Shown piece by piece: positions 47,971 to 62,113 of a stretch of DNA of 64,000 nucleotides (its first letter is position 1; every line of letters starts with the position of its first letter). A program made the position numbers and the translations under genes. Under the pieces are notes generated by a model. That model made no database searches, was not told where the DNA came from, and saw only the letters and a list, made by a program, of their open reading frames with translations. Origin of the DNA: Camelus ferus (lineage: Eukaryota); the NCBI RefSeq assembly GCF_009834535.1, contig NC_045697.1, positions 21,268,001-21,332,000 of the forward strand, in the 5' to 3' direction.

Positions 47971-50855
47971 GTCACTTATATGTGTTCATTAAATGAATAA
48001 AATAGAAAAAAATTGGTAGTTTTGGACACTCTTATTAAGCAACCACACTTACCCGGCTGCTTATACTTGTTACTGAATCTGCTTCCTCCAAGTTGTCATA
48101 ATGAAGCTCTGCCTCATTTTAACAGCTAAGGATCTTTTTTTCTTTCACCTGAAACTACAAAGAGTGTTTTTGTCTGAGTCTCAGAGGTATAGATCCAAAG
48201 TAGCACACATCAAGAATAACTTCAGGCTTCCATGAGAGCCAAGATGGGAGTCAAACACACCTAGAGGAGTGTATTCTCAGGCAGGTTGGTTGGTTTCTGA
48301 TTTCCCTGAGGACCAAGGTACTCTGTAACACACAGTCTTTTTGTAAGAATTGCCTGTTCCCTTCTTACCCAATTTAGAATCAACCGGATTCCACAGGAAA
48401 GTTTTCTCATATTGTAGGATCCTTCTTTGTACATCATCGCTAAAACCCTCCCTTGAATTTTTGTTTATTTATTTTCCTGATGAGAGTCACTATGGACCTC
48501 AGAAACATTATTCAAAATCACCACCCCTTTAATCTTGCCCAAATCTCACCATTAGATCTGCTTTTTAATGCACCTCATAATCATTTATCTCAATATTATT
48601 TATTGTCTCAAAGAGACTATTAAGATAGATTAGAGATAGAGTCACTAGCAGGCACACTCTTTGTCATCAAACATTTTTCTGACAAACTTGGACACTTGAA
48701 ATAGACTTGGAGCCAGGAGCAAGAACATTGCAAAAGTCCTTTCGGATAATGAGGGAGAAGCAAAGATGATGGTGCAAGAATCAGAGTCCTAAGAACATAA
48801 GAATATGATTCATGGATTTGATCATTCTACTCCCCTCCATTGACATTAATCATTTGAACTAAGTTTAGGATAACTCCAAATTGTTATATTATTTTTCATG
48901 GTTTGTTTCAATAAAATCATGTTTTAGTTTTCCAAAATAATGCCCTGCAACCAATAAATATTTATTTTATTTTAATAGTTAAATGAGAATACGATACTAG
49001 TTAAGGTCTAATTTTAACAGAAGTATACAGAAAATAAAATATTTTTTTATTTTAAAAATGTAACTACAATGTAAATTTCACCTTCCCTGTATGGTCAAGT
49101 AATAATTCTTACATTATGATGACGCTATGAGCTGAAGTCAGTCTATCTCTTTAGTGCAGAATTTGTAAAAACATTCCAGACTCTCCAAATGTTATAAAAT
49201 TGTTACTGTATTATAGAAGAAAGAATTAATTAACTTTGCATTTTCTTAACTGCAATGAAGTTATTCAGACCCATTAGGTAAAGTCAAGAAGAAAGATTAA
49301 ATGTACTATTAAGGCTATAAAGGAAATGTGCTAATGTTGATATCTGTCCTTCACAAGAGGCAAATCACATGATTTTGAAAATATAGTGACAATTTGTATT
49401 GGGATCAGTGAAGCTAAACCCAGTTTCCTGGATAGGATCCAGACTAGATCATTATATCCTTTCTCCTTATGTCCTTATAGAAATTGAGCAGTATTACATC
49501 TCATCTATTTGTCCTATTTTTTTCCTATTTTCTATTCATCTGGTGATCAAATTTAAGAAGATTCTGTTAACCTTTAGTTCATCCTGGTTTTCTTTTGTGT
49601 AGCTAGAGATTTATCTAGTCAAAAGGGGTTATAGCAGTAATATTATTATGCATTTTTTTCTTATAGCCTAAGGTTTTGCAAACTAAATGAGCAAACAGAG
49701 AAGCAAAGAAGAAGTATTTTTGATGGCCAAAGCAATAATAAAACTTGATCTCTAAGAAATTTTTTATCCAGCATGTACTTTTTTAACAATAGTAGACACA
49801 GGAAGAAATTGTATTAGGGAAGAACTGAGAATGCGAATCAAGATAAACAATTCAAACTTTATAATTGGCTGTCAGTCATGTCATGCATTACCCTAGAATA
49901 AGTCCATTGACTTATTTTTATTATTTGTATAATGATAGCAAGATGGTACACCAGGCAGTGAATTCTGAAGTCATTATTGCAATTCTGGTAAGAAACAGTA
50001 ACCTTTTCTTCTGACTTCTGCTTCACGGCTTCACCAGAGGCATGCTGTAATTATCTGGACATGCATCACCTATGGTCTTACTACTGCATAAAATAATAGG
50101 AAGTAACAACTGAACAATCTGATGAGCTAATTAGAGTTCTGAGGAGATCATCTAATACTTACAGTCCCCTTTGTCACTTGGATCACACTTGCCTCTGGGC
50201 CCTAAGGTTGAAGATTCACATCTTACAAACTTACATTGATTCAGATCTTGTTTACTGTCAGAGTGACAGTTCAACCTGTTCTGCATCATTTAGAATCTTT
50301 TTTTTTTTTTTTTGCATACAAATGTTTTACAATTTCAAATAAAAATAGAACATAAATTCAAGTATGCTAATAGCAATGCCAATCCCAAGGCCAACTTTTT
50401 TTTTTGCTAAATTATGTACAATATGTTAAAAATTACTCACTTTGCTGTTAGAGCCGGCACGTAGAACATGTCTGGCACTTAAATCTTACTACCAACTCAT
50501 TGAAGTTTGTTGTATTTCTCCATTTTAAAACAGATAATCTGTAAGGCATTACTAATAGGTTGGTAAAATGATTATAACAAGTATTCAAAATCTGACATTT
50601 TCAATGAGCGTATTAATGCCAGGAGGTAATGAAAGGAGAGAGATGAGTCAGTCCCCAGTTCCTGTGTGTGTTCATTACCTTCTTTTAATTATCTGTTTCC
50701 TCCCTTGGCTCATGGACTATGGGGGAAAAAAAAGAAAAAATGTATCTACAGAATAGGGCTACAATATATATTAACATTCATTGCAACCTAAAATACAACT
50801 TCTCTGTTAGTATATACTTCTCCAAGCTTTGGTGAGAAATGAAAGCTGTGGGTGA

Positions 50856-51324
50856 TGAAGCAGGGTAGCCGAATACATCAGCCCAAATGAGTCACTTTGG
50901 CATGTGGATTGTTTTGAGCTGGAGACAATCGGAGCTAACAGACTCAAGAAGAACTTTTTTGTTTTCCCCTTAACTGCCTAAAAGAATTTGGATAGGAGGC
51001 TGTACCAGGAAAAGAACTATTACCAGAGATAACTTTTTATACCAGAAAGACTTATCTGTGTGGCTTGGCAAACATTTGCACTTCTCATCTTCCTGTGACT
51101 TATCTTCCTCCCTTTTCAGCCCTGGTCCCCTATCCTAGCCCATTCTCCTTAGCTCAGGATGCTATCTAAACTCCAATTAACTGACTGCTGGGGAGTCTCA
51201 TATTTTTATGTCCCCTCCATGCACACATTTTGTTTTTCTCCTACTAATCTGACTTATGTCAATTTAATTATAAGACCAGCTACAGACCCCGCAAATGAAG
51301 AAGAGAACATTTTCCACCTCTACA
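50856..51324 (+). mobile_element. MER34/MER39-like ERV1 solo LTR
   Basis: tgaag...ccaaatgagtcactttggcatgtggattgttttgagctg...tttttctcctactaatctgacttatgtcaatttaatt...ctctaca; 4-bp TSD GTGA/GTCA. Confidence 0.85.
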
Positions 51325-51674
51325 GTCACTTAGGGAGGGAACTAAATTGAATACAAGATTATCTGAAATCTCTTCCTTTTCTTATCTACGTTCACTGCTT
51401 CCCATTTCTTCTTTACTTTCCTATCAATTTGTACCTAGATTTTAGGAAAGATTTCTAGAAATACCTCCTTTCTTATTCAGACAGCCAGCTTAAAAAGTAG
51501 GAAAAAGTAAAAAAAAAAAAAATACAATGATCAATGCATATTTATGTTCATTAGCTGCCTTTACTTTTTCATTTTAATATCCTACATATGTTTTTAGTGC
51601 TAAGTAATACTCTGTTTCTCTCTTTCTACCTTCTCCTCTCCACTTGTTATACAATCCGTGGAGCCCTAAAGCAA

Positions 51675-51870
51675 AAACTATGGTCTCTGACTCAAGCATG
51701 TCTTGGTGTAATGCTGGTTTCCTACCTCTGACTTCTTGGAAAGCTTCAGATTCCTTTAAAACAAAAATTGTAATAGTACCTACCTTATGATGATGTTCTG
51801 AGGATTAAATAAAACAGTGCATGTTCAGCATGGCTTAACCTCTCCCTAGGGTAAGCATTGTATAATGACT
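51675..51870 (+). mobile_element. MIR SINE
   Basis: taatagtacctaccttatgatgatgttctgaggattaaataaaacagtgcatg. Confidence 0.7.
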
Positions 51871-52709
51871 ATGTACGTAGCTTATAGTTATAACTGAGAA
51901 CAACTGTGTGTTGATATTGAGTTCCTTAATGAAGATCATAAATGTCCTAAACGATTGTGCTGAAATTAAATTAAGATAGTGAGGTTAAATTTTAAAAGTT
52001 ATTGTTTATTATGACTTCACTACTTCAAAACTGTTACATAAAATTATAGAATTGATACTACAGAAATAAGCGTCAGGTGGCTAAAAAACAAGTATTTGAC
52101 TCTTGCATTTGAACACTTTACAATTTAGTGATGAACTGACTTTTCAAATAAACATTTACACATACATGACCAGATGATATTACCAATAAAAGCAAGTACA
52201 GAGTATTAATTATCTACCTTTTATTTGACTGTAGGTCTTGAACAAGAGGACTAATTTCTTGCATGGTGCCACTCAGGTCACAATAGAAATGTGGATTAAG
52301 TTACTACTTTATTCAAAACTCTTTAATCAGCTATCAAGAGTGAAAAAGACAAATTAGACATCTGGCCTTCTTAGAAGTTAAGTTTACCACACATTCTTAA
52401 TTTTAATCCGTTCCATGGTCCTTGAAAAATGAATGCTCATAGAAATTGTAGACAGTCACCAAGGTGGGAAAATATGTGACCCAAAAAGCAGACTCTTTCA
52501 TAGTATTATATTAATTTTTACTTTTGAACGACATAGCAGCAGACAAAACTAGTGGAGTTCACCATTAGCATCTAAAATACTACACAGGTGTCAGACATGT
52601 GTGGTTTATTTATATAAAACTGATGGGGAGTCTGATTAAACAATTATTGCAATTTCCAGCTTAAAGTGATCTTGAAAATCGTGAGGACCAAGCCTATCCC
52701 CCGCTACAA

Positions 52710-52930
52710 GTATAGAATAGTGGGAAAGAGCTTAGGTTTTGGAGTCAATCTGCAAAGGTTGAAATCCCCGCTCACACTCTTACTCTCTGACCTTAAAAAA
52801 ACAAATGTCATTTTCAACTTTCTCATTTTAAAGTGGAGGAAGTCTCTTCTTCATAAGTGTGTTTGTCGTTATTTAATACATGCAAAGAGTAAATAGTAGT
52901 GATTCACATATACTAAATATTTAATACAAT
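52710..52930 (+). mobile_element. MIR SINE
   Basis: gtatagaatagtgggaaagagcttaggttttggagtca...ggttgaaatcccc...ctgacctt...tttctcattttaaagtgg. Confidence 0.7.
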
Positions 52931-52971
52931 TCAAATATTATGAAAATGATAAAGATGGTTTCCTTTATTGA

Positions 52972-53318
52972 CAAATGTGGGAAAAACTTTTTCTGTGAAG
53001 GAGCAGATTATTAATACTTTAGGCTTGGCAGGCCATATGATTTCCCTCCCAGCTGCTCAGATCTGCCGCTGGAGAGTGAAAGCAGCCACAGGAAAAAAAA
53101 CATGTAAATGATGAAGGATGACTGTTTGATAATAAAACTTGATTCATGAACACTGAAATTTGAATTTCATATAATTTCATATGTCACAAAATATTATTCT
53201 CCAAATGGTATGTTTCTACCACTCGAAAATGAGAAAAAAACCCATTCTCAGACTGTGAGCTGTACAGAAGTGGAGAGCAGGCTGGATTTGCCCCTGGACT
53301 GTCGTTCCCTGACGCTTG
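52972..53318. mobile_element. MER58B-like hAT-Charlie MITE
   Basis: aaactttttctgtgaaggagcagat...tttaggctt...gaaagcagccacag...aataaaactt...gaacactgaaatttgaatttcatataattt...ggctggatttgccc. Confidence 0.85.
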
Positions 53319-53559
53319 TGACTTTATTTCAGCAGGCCTCTCATGCAACTTGGGCTTGTTGGCCTTGTCTGTGCAATGGGGACTGCAGGATCTCCTTACC
53401 TGATGCAATGGGGAAAGGTTGGAAATCTGGTCAATAGCAAACAACTGATGATGCAGCAGTAAAATGCAAAATACAACCAGAAAGTCTTTTAAACTATCTT
53501 TATTTTTTTTCTCATTTTAAACCATCATCACGCTTGCAATTAGTAATGTTTTTCTCATT

Positions 53560-53682
53560 GGACTAAATAAAAGTTCCTCAAGGCAGGAACTCTGACTATT
53601 CTATTTACCTTGATCTCAGAATCTGTTAGAGCTACTGGTACATGAGAGGTTGTCAACAATATTAACTGAATAAATAAATGAA
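53560..53682 (+). mobile_element. L2 3' end
   Basis: aagttcctcaaggcaggaactctg...tggtacatgagagg...tcaacaatattaactgaataaataaatgaa. Confidence 0.75.
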
Positions 53683-56399
53683 AAATAGATAAACATAAAA
53701 TAAAGCCTATCCCATTATCTAATCCTATCTCTTCTACTTTCTCTAAGAGTATAAACTTAACTAGATTGAAATAAGTAAAAGGAAATTTGGGTTACAAGCT
53801 ACTGGACCATTGCTGGAATAATCACTATCGTTCCTTTCTAGATCGTTGGTTATGCCTCTGTTGGCCATGACCTTGAGTATGTGATTCTATTATAACTTGC
53901 CTAGAATCCGATTAACCAGTATTTTCACTTTCCCACTTTCCATTCTCAGACATTCCTAATTATGATGATTATTTTAATTTTTGATCTAAGCTGATTGTTA
54001 AGTATCAGCAAATACTCTTAAATAATGACTTTTTCAATCTATTTTTAAAAATAAAAATGACTATGTGACCACATCTGTGAAATCTGACAGGTTATCCATT
54101 AAACAAATTTAATAGGCAATATGTAGTTTTTTGGAGATATTTTAGCAGGAAAATTAACGGGCTGAATTGTTACCATTTTAAAAATCCTTCCTCTTTTTTC
54201 CCCTCCTCCTTCTATTTTCCAAGTCTCTAACTGATATCTTGACTTATTTGTTCTACACTTTTTAGCACTTGTTTTCTAAAGATTCAAGATTAAGTTTATA
54301 TACTTTCTACTTCTCACATTTTTCAATTTCTCTTTTCTAATAGATCCTCTTTATTGCCTGCCTGTCTGAGATACTGTTGACAGATTCTCTCTTATGAAAC
54401 CATCCATGTTCCTGAAGCCTCAGGTAACAACCACAGCAATGATCTGCTCCAAAAAATGGAAAATAAGATTTCAAACTTTTTCTTAAAGAAGACTAAGTGA
54501 GAGACGTTTCTTTTCATCTGTAGTCCACAGAATCATCTTGCATTTTCCCATAGATTTACAACAGCAAAGCGATTTGGAGCGTCCACCAATGTATTCCCCA
54601 GAGCTCCTTGTAGAAACAGTAAAGAGCTTTGAGGGTGTGAGATCACTTCCCACATCTTTTTAACTTCCTTACTTTTCCCACCAGATTCATCATTCTTATC
54701 TAAGAAGGAAGGAAGATTCTCATTTTCCATGCTTTCACTCCAGCGCAGTGTTCTCAAGGGAGTAATATGTGGGAATATGGGCTCCAGAGTGCCTTTAAAT
54801 TTTCTAGCAAGTGCAATCCAGCACACCCACTGGAAGGCACACCATATTCTGCTACACTAGAGGTTTGGTGGCTGGCATCTTGCCATTTGCTTAACGCCCT
54901 AGGCAGTACAAGATAGTTTATTTCAGGTCATTTGTTATTCTTAGGTAACATGCTTCTACCATTTTGCCTTCAGTTGGAAAGACCCTATTGTATTTAAATC
55001 TTGGGTTGTGTACATTTGAACCTGATGAACTTTAGACTAAATTACTCTTTAATCAACATACCAATTTCAAGACTTGACGTTTAATGACATTATGACGCCC
55101 ATTGGTACGGTATCACTACAAAAGCACTCTTAACGAGTACACTTATTGTATATATTATCCAATGTTTAAATCATAGGTCAAGGGTTGAAGATGAAGCTAT
55201 AACTGTAGAATATTAGCATGAAAAGATAAAATTGATGAGCAAATAAAGTCACTATAACTACAAGGAGCAAAAAAGATGTGCTTTACAATTTATTTTTCAT
55301 AGTAAATGGAGGGAAATGACTTTTTTATTTCAAAGGGTTCATATTCAATGAAACCCTTTAAATGATACGTACTTCAGCTTTTATAATTAATCTATATGAA
55401 TCATTTCAAATAAATGATTTAATTAATCAGTTGAAAGTATTCTACTGTCTCAATTCAATGGTGTGGTTAAAATTAACTAAATGAATTTTTCCCAAACTCA
55501 TTCTCAGGGAGCATACATTCTCAGTGCACAGATTTAGTTGAATATTCTGTCATCCAAGTCCAGTTGCCAGGCTTCATATCTTTATACATGGGGTGATAGA
55601 ATGGTTGCATTCTCCAATTTGCCTTTGTGTCTCATGTGTCCTCTTGGGTTGGCATCCTTTCTCAGTTCTAACTGTTGTCTGTCTCTCCTTTTCTCTCTCT
55701 GACACACATACACACACAATTTACTGCTGTCACCTCTTCATCATTTCTTTCCAATTTGCATATTTTACTATTCATCTGACAACAAAGGTCTATTGTTGAA
55801 AAGCAATAGTAAGGAGGAAAAGAAGTACTGTTTGTTATCGCATACTAATTTGATTTCCTTAACGGCTTTGATGCCAAAAGTGCCTTAAAATGATCAGTAG
55901 GACTAATAATTATTTAGCCATAATTATGGCCCTTTATGTGAAAGCTGAGAAGGTGATTCACAGAATGAAATAAGACTAAACTAGCGTAAAACCACAGGTG
56001 ACATGGTTTTATAATATAAGAAAATGAAAAGGCAGAATCAATGTTTTATGTTCCCAAAACAAGTGACCAAAAAAAAAAAGAAAAAAAGTCACTATATTTT
56101 TTCTTAATCAGAATTGAACAAATCTATGTAATATGCCATGAAATGCAGTTATTGATTCATTTATAATTATTCTAGTAGGTAATTAATCTCCAATTACATC
56201 ATCAAAATATCCACTCCTTAAAAAAATTCATTATATCGCCTTCAATGCTAACATACTCAGTTGCTATAAATCACCTCATATTTTGTTATTTTTATTTCTC
56301 AGCAGTTTGAAAAGTTTCTTCATTTTTTTGTTGCTGAAACCAACCCAAAACCCCCATTTAAGTATCTATTTTGTATTCAGCTCACCTGTAGAGAAGTGT

Positions 56400-56927
56400 A
56401 GCTACAATATTATATGCAGAATTTTGGTGCTTTACATCAGTCTCTACTTTCTGGTCACAGAAATTAATTTGAACAAAACAAAGATGCCAGTTTACTAAGA
56501 CAAGTCAGAAATCTTTCACGGAGTTCTCAAGGCCCAGCCAGGACTAGGAGAATACCGAAGCAGGGAACTAGAAAGCTGATTGGAAACCCGGACATGCTAT
56601 TCTGCCTCTTTGCTTCTGCTTCTCTCATCATGTGCTCATTCTCTCTTTCTGAAAACCATTGCTCTCTGCTCTACTGCTTAGTTGTCTCTCTTGGACTCTT
56701 TCCTCCATCACTTTTTGGTCAAATACCTGGATATCAAGTGCTGATTACTCCAGCTTGGACTAGGTCACCATCTGTAGCCCAGTCAATTGTGAAGGAGGAA
56801 GTGGGCCAGACTACTTTGTTCCAAATGGTTGTGGAGGACCATTACTATTGCTAAGAGAAAAGGGGCAAAAAGAAGCATCTAAAAGAACTGGCTGAGCTCT
56901 GCAGTCAGTTCTAAAGATACCCACTAC
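56400..56927 (-). mobile_element. Old MLT1-type MaLR LTR
   Basis: ctgattactccagcttggactaggtcacc...cccagtcaattgtg...atacccactaca end. Confidence 0.55.
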
Positions 56928-57445
56928 ACATGACATGTGTTTCACTCCACCAGAGTTCTTACAATCTCAAGAGGTCCTTGAGTTAGACATTTGAATAATC
57001 AACAGTAGTAATTAGGTTTCAGGATTTTCAACTTTCAGGTAAAGAAGTCTATAATGTACACAAGGTTACTCAATGCTTACAAATTCCTTTATTATAAGTT
57101 GTTTATATTTAGGCTATATCCCAGCAAACATCACTATGATGTAAAGTTGTTTATAGAGAAGATTGAGAAATTGATTGACATCTAAAGTCCTCTACATTCA
57201 AATGTACAAATTGAGAACAAGTGACAGAGCTTCTCTTCCATGAAAGGGAGATTATTACATAAATTCAGGGAAAATGATTTAAGAAGTAAAAGTGTGTAAG
57301 TTGCTGTCAAATATTTATGAAGTTAAAATGCATAAAACATGAAAATGATCACTTTTGTCAACATATTCCACATATCCTATACAGAGAAAAGTGAGATCTA
57401 GCAAAAGTTGAGATCTTAGGCAAAGGTACTTACTGGTTTAGAGCC

Positions 57446-58050
57446 AAAAATATACATGCACCCCAGTGTTCACAGCAGCACTATTTACAGTAGCCAAGAT
57501 ATAGAAACAACCTAAATGTCCATCAACAGATGACTGGATAAAGAAGTTGTGATATGTTTATACAATGGAATATTACTCAGGCGTTAAGAAGAATAAAATA
57601 ATTCCATTTGCAGCAACATGAATGGACCTGGAGATTGTCATTCTAAGTGAAGTAAGCAAGAAAAAGAAAGAAAAATACCATATGATATCACTAATACGTG
57701 GAATCTAAAAAAAAAAAAGACAAATGAACTTATTTACAAAACAGAAACAGACTCACAGACATAGAAAACACTTATGATTACGGGGTGGAGGAAGAGGGTA
57801 GGAAGGGATAAATTGAGAGTTTTAGATGATTTTTAAATATTAGCTACTATATAAAAAACAGAAGAAAAAAATTTCTTCTGTATAGCACAGGGAACTATAT
57901 TCAATATCTTGTAGTAACCAATAATGAAAAAGAATATGAACATGAATATATATATGCATATGTATGACTGCAACATTATGCTGTACACCAGAAATTGACA
58001 CAACATTGTAAAGTGACTGTATGTCAATTTAAAAAATATAATAAAAAAGA
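57446..58050 (+). mobile_element. Camelid/artiodactyl-type L1 3' end (ORF2 C-terminus, 3'UTR, A-tail)
   Basis: atacatgcaccccagtgttcacagcagcactatttac...tgtatagcacagggaactatattcaatatcttgtagtaacc...acaccagaaattgacacaacattgtaaa. Confidence 0.95.
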
Positions 58051-58116
58051 AGTAAATGAAAAGGGTGTCTACGTTTTGTAGTGAGCGGAAATGAGAAGTT
58101 TTCAGGGGAAATTATA

Positions 58117-58540
58117 TGTAGCAGAAAAAAATTGTTCGCAATTATCCATTACCCACTCTTTAATTTAGTTTTAGTTCCCCTCTGAGATTTAGCTGTCCAT
58201 ATGGCTGCTGGGCTAGAAAAACATATCCCATATTCTTTTGCAAGCTGGTAAGGCCATATTTTGGTTTAAGCAAGGTGAGCGGAAATGAAACATGCAATTT
58301 GTCAATTGCCCTCTACTTTGAATCCCCTCTTCCTGATATCAGGGTTATGATGAGATTGGAAGCAGCTGGTTTGGACCTAGAAACATAAAACCCAGGACTG
58401 AGGAGTTACATCAACTTTGATAACTCTCTTCTACTTAATTCTGGGCTGTTTCTTGCCAGAGAACTGTTCTTCAGTTCTGTTCAAGTCATCACATGTTAAT
58501 CACTATTCATGAAACCAAAACATAACATTTAACTAACTTA
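58117..58540 (+). mobile_element. Old MLT1-type MaLR LTR
   Basis: tgtagcaga start; cttttgcaagctgg...ggccat...ggaagcagc...ttggacc...ttcaagtca...taactaac. Confidence 0.55.
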
Positions 58541-60289
58541 CTTAATAAAAGAGTGAGCTCATTATCATTTAAGACTGAGGAGTAAAAGCTGTCCAGTAAA
58601 AAGTGGGGAGTATATTTTGCCTACAACAGCCGTGCAGGTCCATGCGGTATAGCAGAAAAGAAAGTTGGACATGATCCTCTAAAGGAAAAGCAGAAACGTG
58701 CAAGAAAAGAGGAGAACAGGCAACGAAGCTCCTTGGATTTTAGGTGGTAGGGAGGACAGGAGCACATGGAATAGAAACATGGTAGGATTTGTTAATCTCA
58801 CCATTTTGGCTGAAATATGAATTCAAGTTTCATCTTTGCATCTGCAGGCAAAAGTTCTTGTAGGACCTGAGTTTTCAAATAGTTGCTGTGATCAGCAACT
58901 GACCATTCATTGAACTTCTATCCAACACAAAGTATAAACTAGGGTAAAAGGTGTGGTGAGATGAGTTTCAAGTGAGGATTTGAGAACCAGGGCTTGACAG
59001 GGTCAAGCCTATATTCTGATATATATCAACTCTATGTTCTGAGATCCATAGTAATTCCCTTTAAATTGGTCCAGAGTTTCAGGTAAAAGTGTTGGAATCC
59101 TTACACCGTAGCCTGCAGAAAACCGTTGAGCAGGCATGAAAGGGGAAGTGATAGTTTATTATTGCTCAAAAGTTCTGGCCGATCAATCAGTACATTTGCA
59201 CTTAGGCTATTCAGGAAGTAAAGGTTGAGAGAACGCAAAGGGAGAAGAAAATAGTGTGAACAAAATCGCAAAATTGGAACAAGGGGCACATAGATATACT
59301 CTATAAATCAGAAGGACAAGTACATGAAGTCTAAAACAGAGAATTAAGGCTAAATTTCAGAATGTTAGAAAACCTGTACACTAGATCTTTTATTTTAGAG
59401 GAAACTGAAAGCCGAAGATTAGAATCTACACGGTTGCAAGCACACACTCAAACAGCATCAGATTCACTGTTAGAATCCGTGGTGACTTGGTTTCCTGACC
59501 CATGATTTCTGCAGACAGGAGCACAGGTTTGCATGCATGTGTGTGTAGTGAGGAGGGAGGCATACATGTTTTAATGTCAAGAGCTTACTTGGGATAAGAA
59601 AGTTTTGGACAAGGAGAAAATATTTTATCTTATGATTTTTAGTGTATCATTGTTTTCTATAATAATACTTCAAGAAATTTAATTTTTTCATGTACTACAA
59701 AAATAAGCTAATATTTATAAGAATCATGTTTTTTAAGAAATAAACTATTTAGTAAAGAAACAGGTGTGGTAAGATGAAAATATTTCCCTGGTGTTGAGTG
59801 ACAAGTTGGTGTCAGTCCTAGACCAGACATACGGTTTAACTCTGTTGCTAAAATTATGTATTTTAGTTCAGTGGCTGTTAAAACACTCCAAAGAAAGATT
59901 TATTTTGGTTTCTAAGAATTTAAATGTATGCAATGTGCATGGCTAAAGAATGAATGGGGAGAGAGTATACAATTTAGAATTATTGCCATGTGACTTAACC
60001 TAATTACATTTCTACTTGCTTATCTAATACATGGCTTTCAATATTTTACTATATGACCTGATATTAGCTCTGTGATAAGGCTAACGTTGACCTATGTTTC
60101 TAACTACATGGCGAGACGAACTCTTCCTGCTCTCAGTAGAGGCAGCAGGATATATTTTAATGCATTTAAGTCAGAGATTTCTCCTTCTAACACAGACATG
60201 TCACATGGCTTGCCGTGTACTTCTTTTACAAGACACCGCCATCTATAAAGGCACAAACACACAATCTAGAGAAGGTTCCAGACTATACA

Positions 60290-60440
60290 CTTTCTTTTGT
60301 CTTTCCTTATTCTTTTCTTTTTCATTTTCCTTTTCCTCCTCTCTATTCCTTCCTCCTTCCTTCCCTCTCTCCCTCCCTCCTTCTATTCCTTTCTTCCTTC
60401 CTCCCTCCTTCCTTCCTTTCTTTCTTTTTCTTTCTTTATT
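60290..60440. repeat. Polypyrimidine (TTCC/TCCC/TTTC) low-complexity tract
   Basis: Directly visible; it generates the spurious F/S/L/P-rich ORFs at 60094-60505. Confidence 0.9.
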
Positions 60441-60559
60441 TCAAGTCTTACACACCAAATAGGGACTGTGAACCCAGAAGGGTAATAAAAAGTGAAGCAC
60501 TTTGACTCATAATGGGACTTTTCCAGAAATTCAAGTGAACACCTACAGAGACATCATAA

Positions 60560-60574
60560 CCACAAGAGGGCAGC
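60560..60574 (+). promoter_or_regulatory. Candidate CTCF site
   Basis: CCACAAGAGGGCAGC, one deviation from the core consensus. Confidence 0.5.
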
Positions 60575-62113
60575 CAAGGCCCAAAGGGAAAAAACAAAAA
60601 AAACAAAAAAACCATGCAGAGTTCAAACTTTGCCCGAAGAATCACTGGTTTGCCTGAAAGTCATCATGAAAACAGTTTTCTCCACCATTCAAAATCAAAC
60701 ACTCACCCTGTGATGGACTCTAGGTTTTCTATTTTTCCCTGCCTGCTCAACATATCAGTTTCTTAATAAAGAGATACAATAAATGGTTTGGGCAGGACCT
60801 CAGTAAGGGAATCCAGAGATGTTCCAATCTGCCAAACAACTACCTTTCTGAAAGAGTAAATGAGTTAGATGGCAACTCACTGAGTGACTCTACCTGTCTG
60901 AAGGTTACACATTTAGAGTAAATGTCTTGTGGCCCTCACTTCATAGAGCTGTCTCTTGGAAAGATGAGAGCTGGACAATTTTATTTGACTAATGTCTCTC
61001 AAAAAAAAAAAAAAAAAAAGAAAAAAAAGAAGTGAAGTTTGTGATTGAGCTAATAGCAACAGTTCATTGAAAATAACCCCAAATGTGGAAACCATTTAAG
61101 TTGACAATATGTGAAGCATTAAGACTCACTAGAAACAATACGATCTCATTTTGTTCTACTTTGCATACTTAAGTGTTCCCTATTGTATTCTTCCAAATAC
61201 TTTCAATTCAGAACTATGAAGAGCTCCTTTGTAAGCCGAAGTACCATGGCAGACACATCTTCCAAACAAGGGTTTTTGCACGTCAGCTGCTCGGCAGGAA
61301 ATAGGTTTTTCAATAAATATTCCTTAATTGTCTAACTCATTAATGATTTTTATCACTTTGGAAAGTGTGCCGAATACCTCATGGAACTCAATTACATTTC
61401 AGGAATGAAAAGCGCAATGCCTGGAAACACTGGACTCTTATAAAAAGCAAGCTTTTTTCCCTCTTTTTTATCTCTCCCACTGAGACACTTTAGAATACAG
61501 AGCCATAATGTCTCCTGTTACATGCGTCAACACATGATGTAATGCAGAAAACAGAGTGACTGAGAGCAGGTGAAATGCAGTTGCTAGGTCCCGAAAAATG
61601 TTCTGAAAAGGAAAAAAAAAAAGTAGACTGCAGACTCTGAACTTAACTCTTTGTTTGTATATGAAATAAGGAAGGGATTCTTGCAAAATGGTTTTTACTC
61701 CTTCTGGAGAGAAGAAAGTTATGGGTAATAAGTTATCTTTCAGCGAGCGTCAGCACAACTATAAATCTACAACATAAGAAATCAACAGAATTCATTACTG
61801 GCCATTGAATATGAGGCTTAGAAATCACCATGGAGAAGAATATCAAACTATATGCACCTGCTCTCTGTGGCATGTTTCTCCTTATTTTGTAAGCATTTTA
61901 GGCACAACAGTTGTGTCCATTATTGAATTTATCTTTACAGGAATGCTATGAGTTTGTAATAAATGTTTAATAGCAATAATCAGAAGACCCTAGAAGAAAA
62001 ATCTCACTTTAATTTGAAAGCAAGAAATCTTACAAACAATAGTTTTATTATAAGACAATGTAAATCAAAAAATATATTTAAATTGGAATACATATTGTGA
62101 GTAGAACTAGCTT

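Noticed and set aside
54533..54826. Protein-looking 97-aa ORF (ENENLPSFLDKNDESGGKSKEVKK...)
   Set aside because: No homology that I recognise, non-ATG start and no convincing flanking splice sites; a BLASTP or PhyloCSF hit would be needed.
60094..60505. Three overlapping F/S/L/P-rich ORFs
   Set aside because: Artefact of the stop-free polypyrimidine tract.
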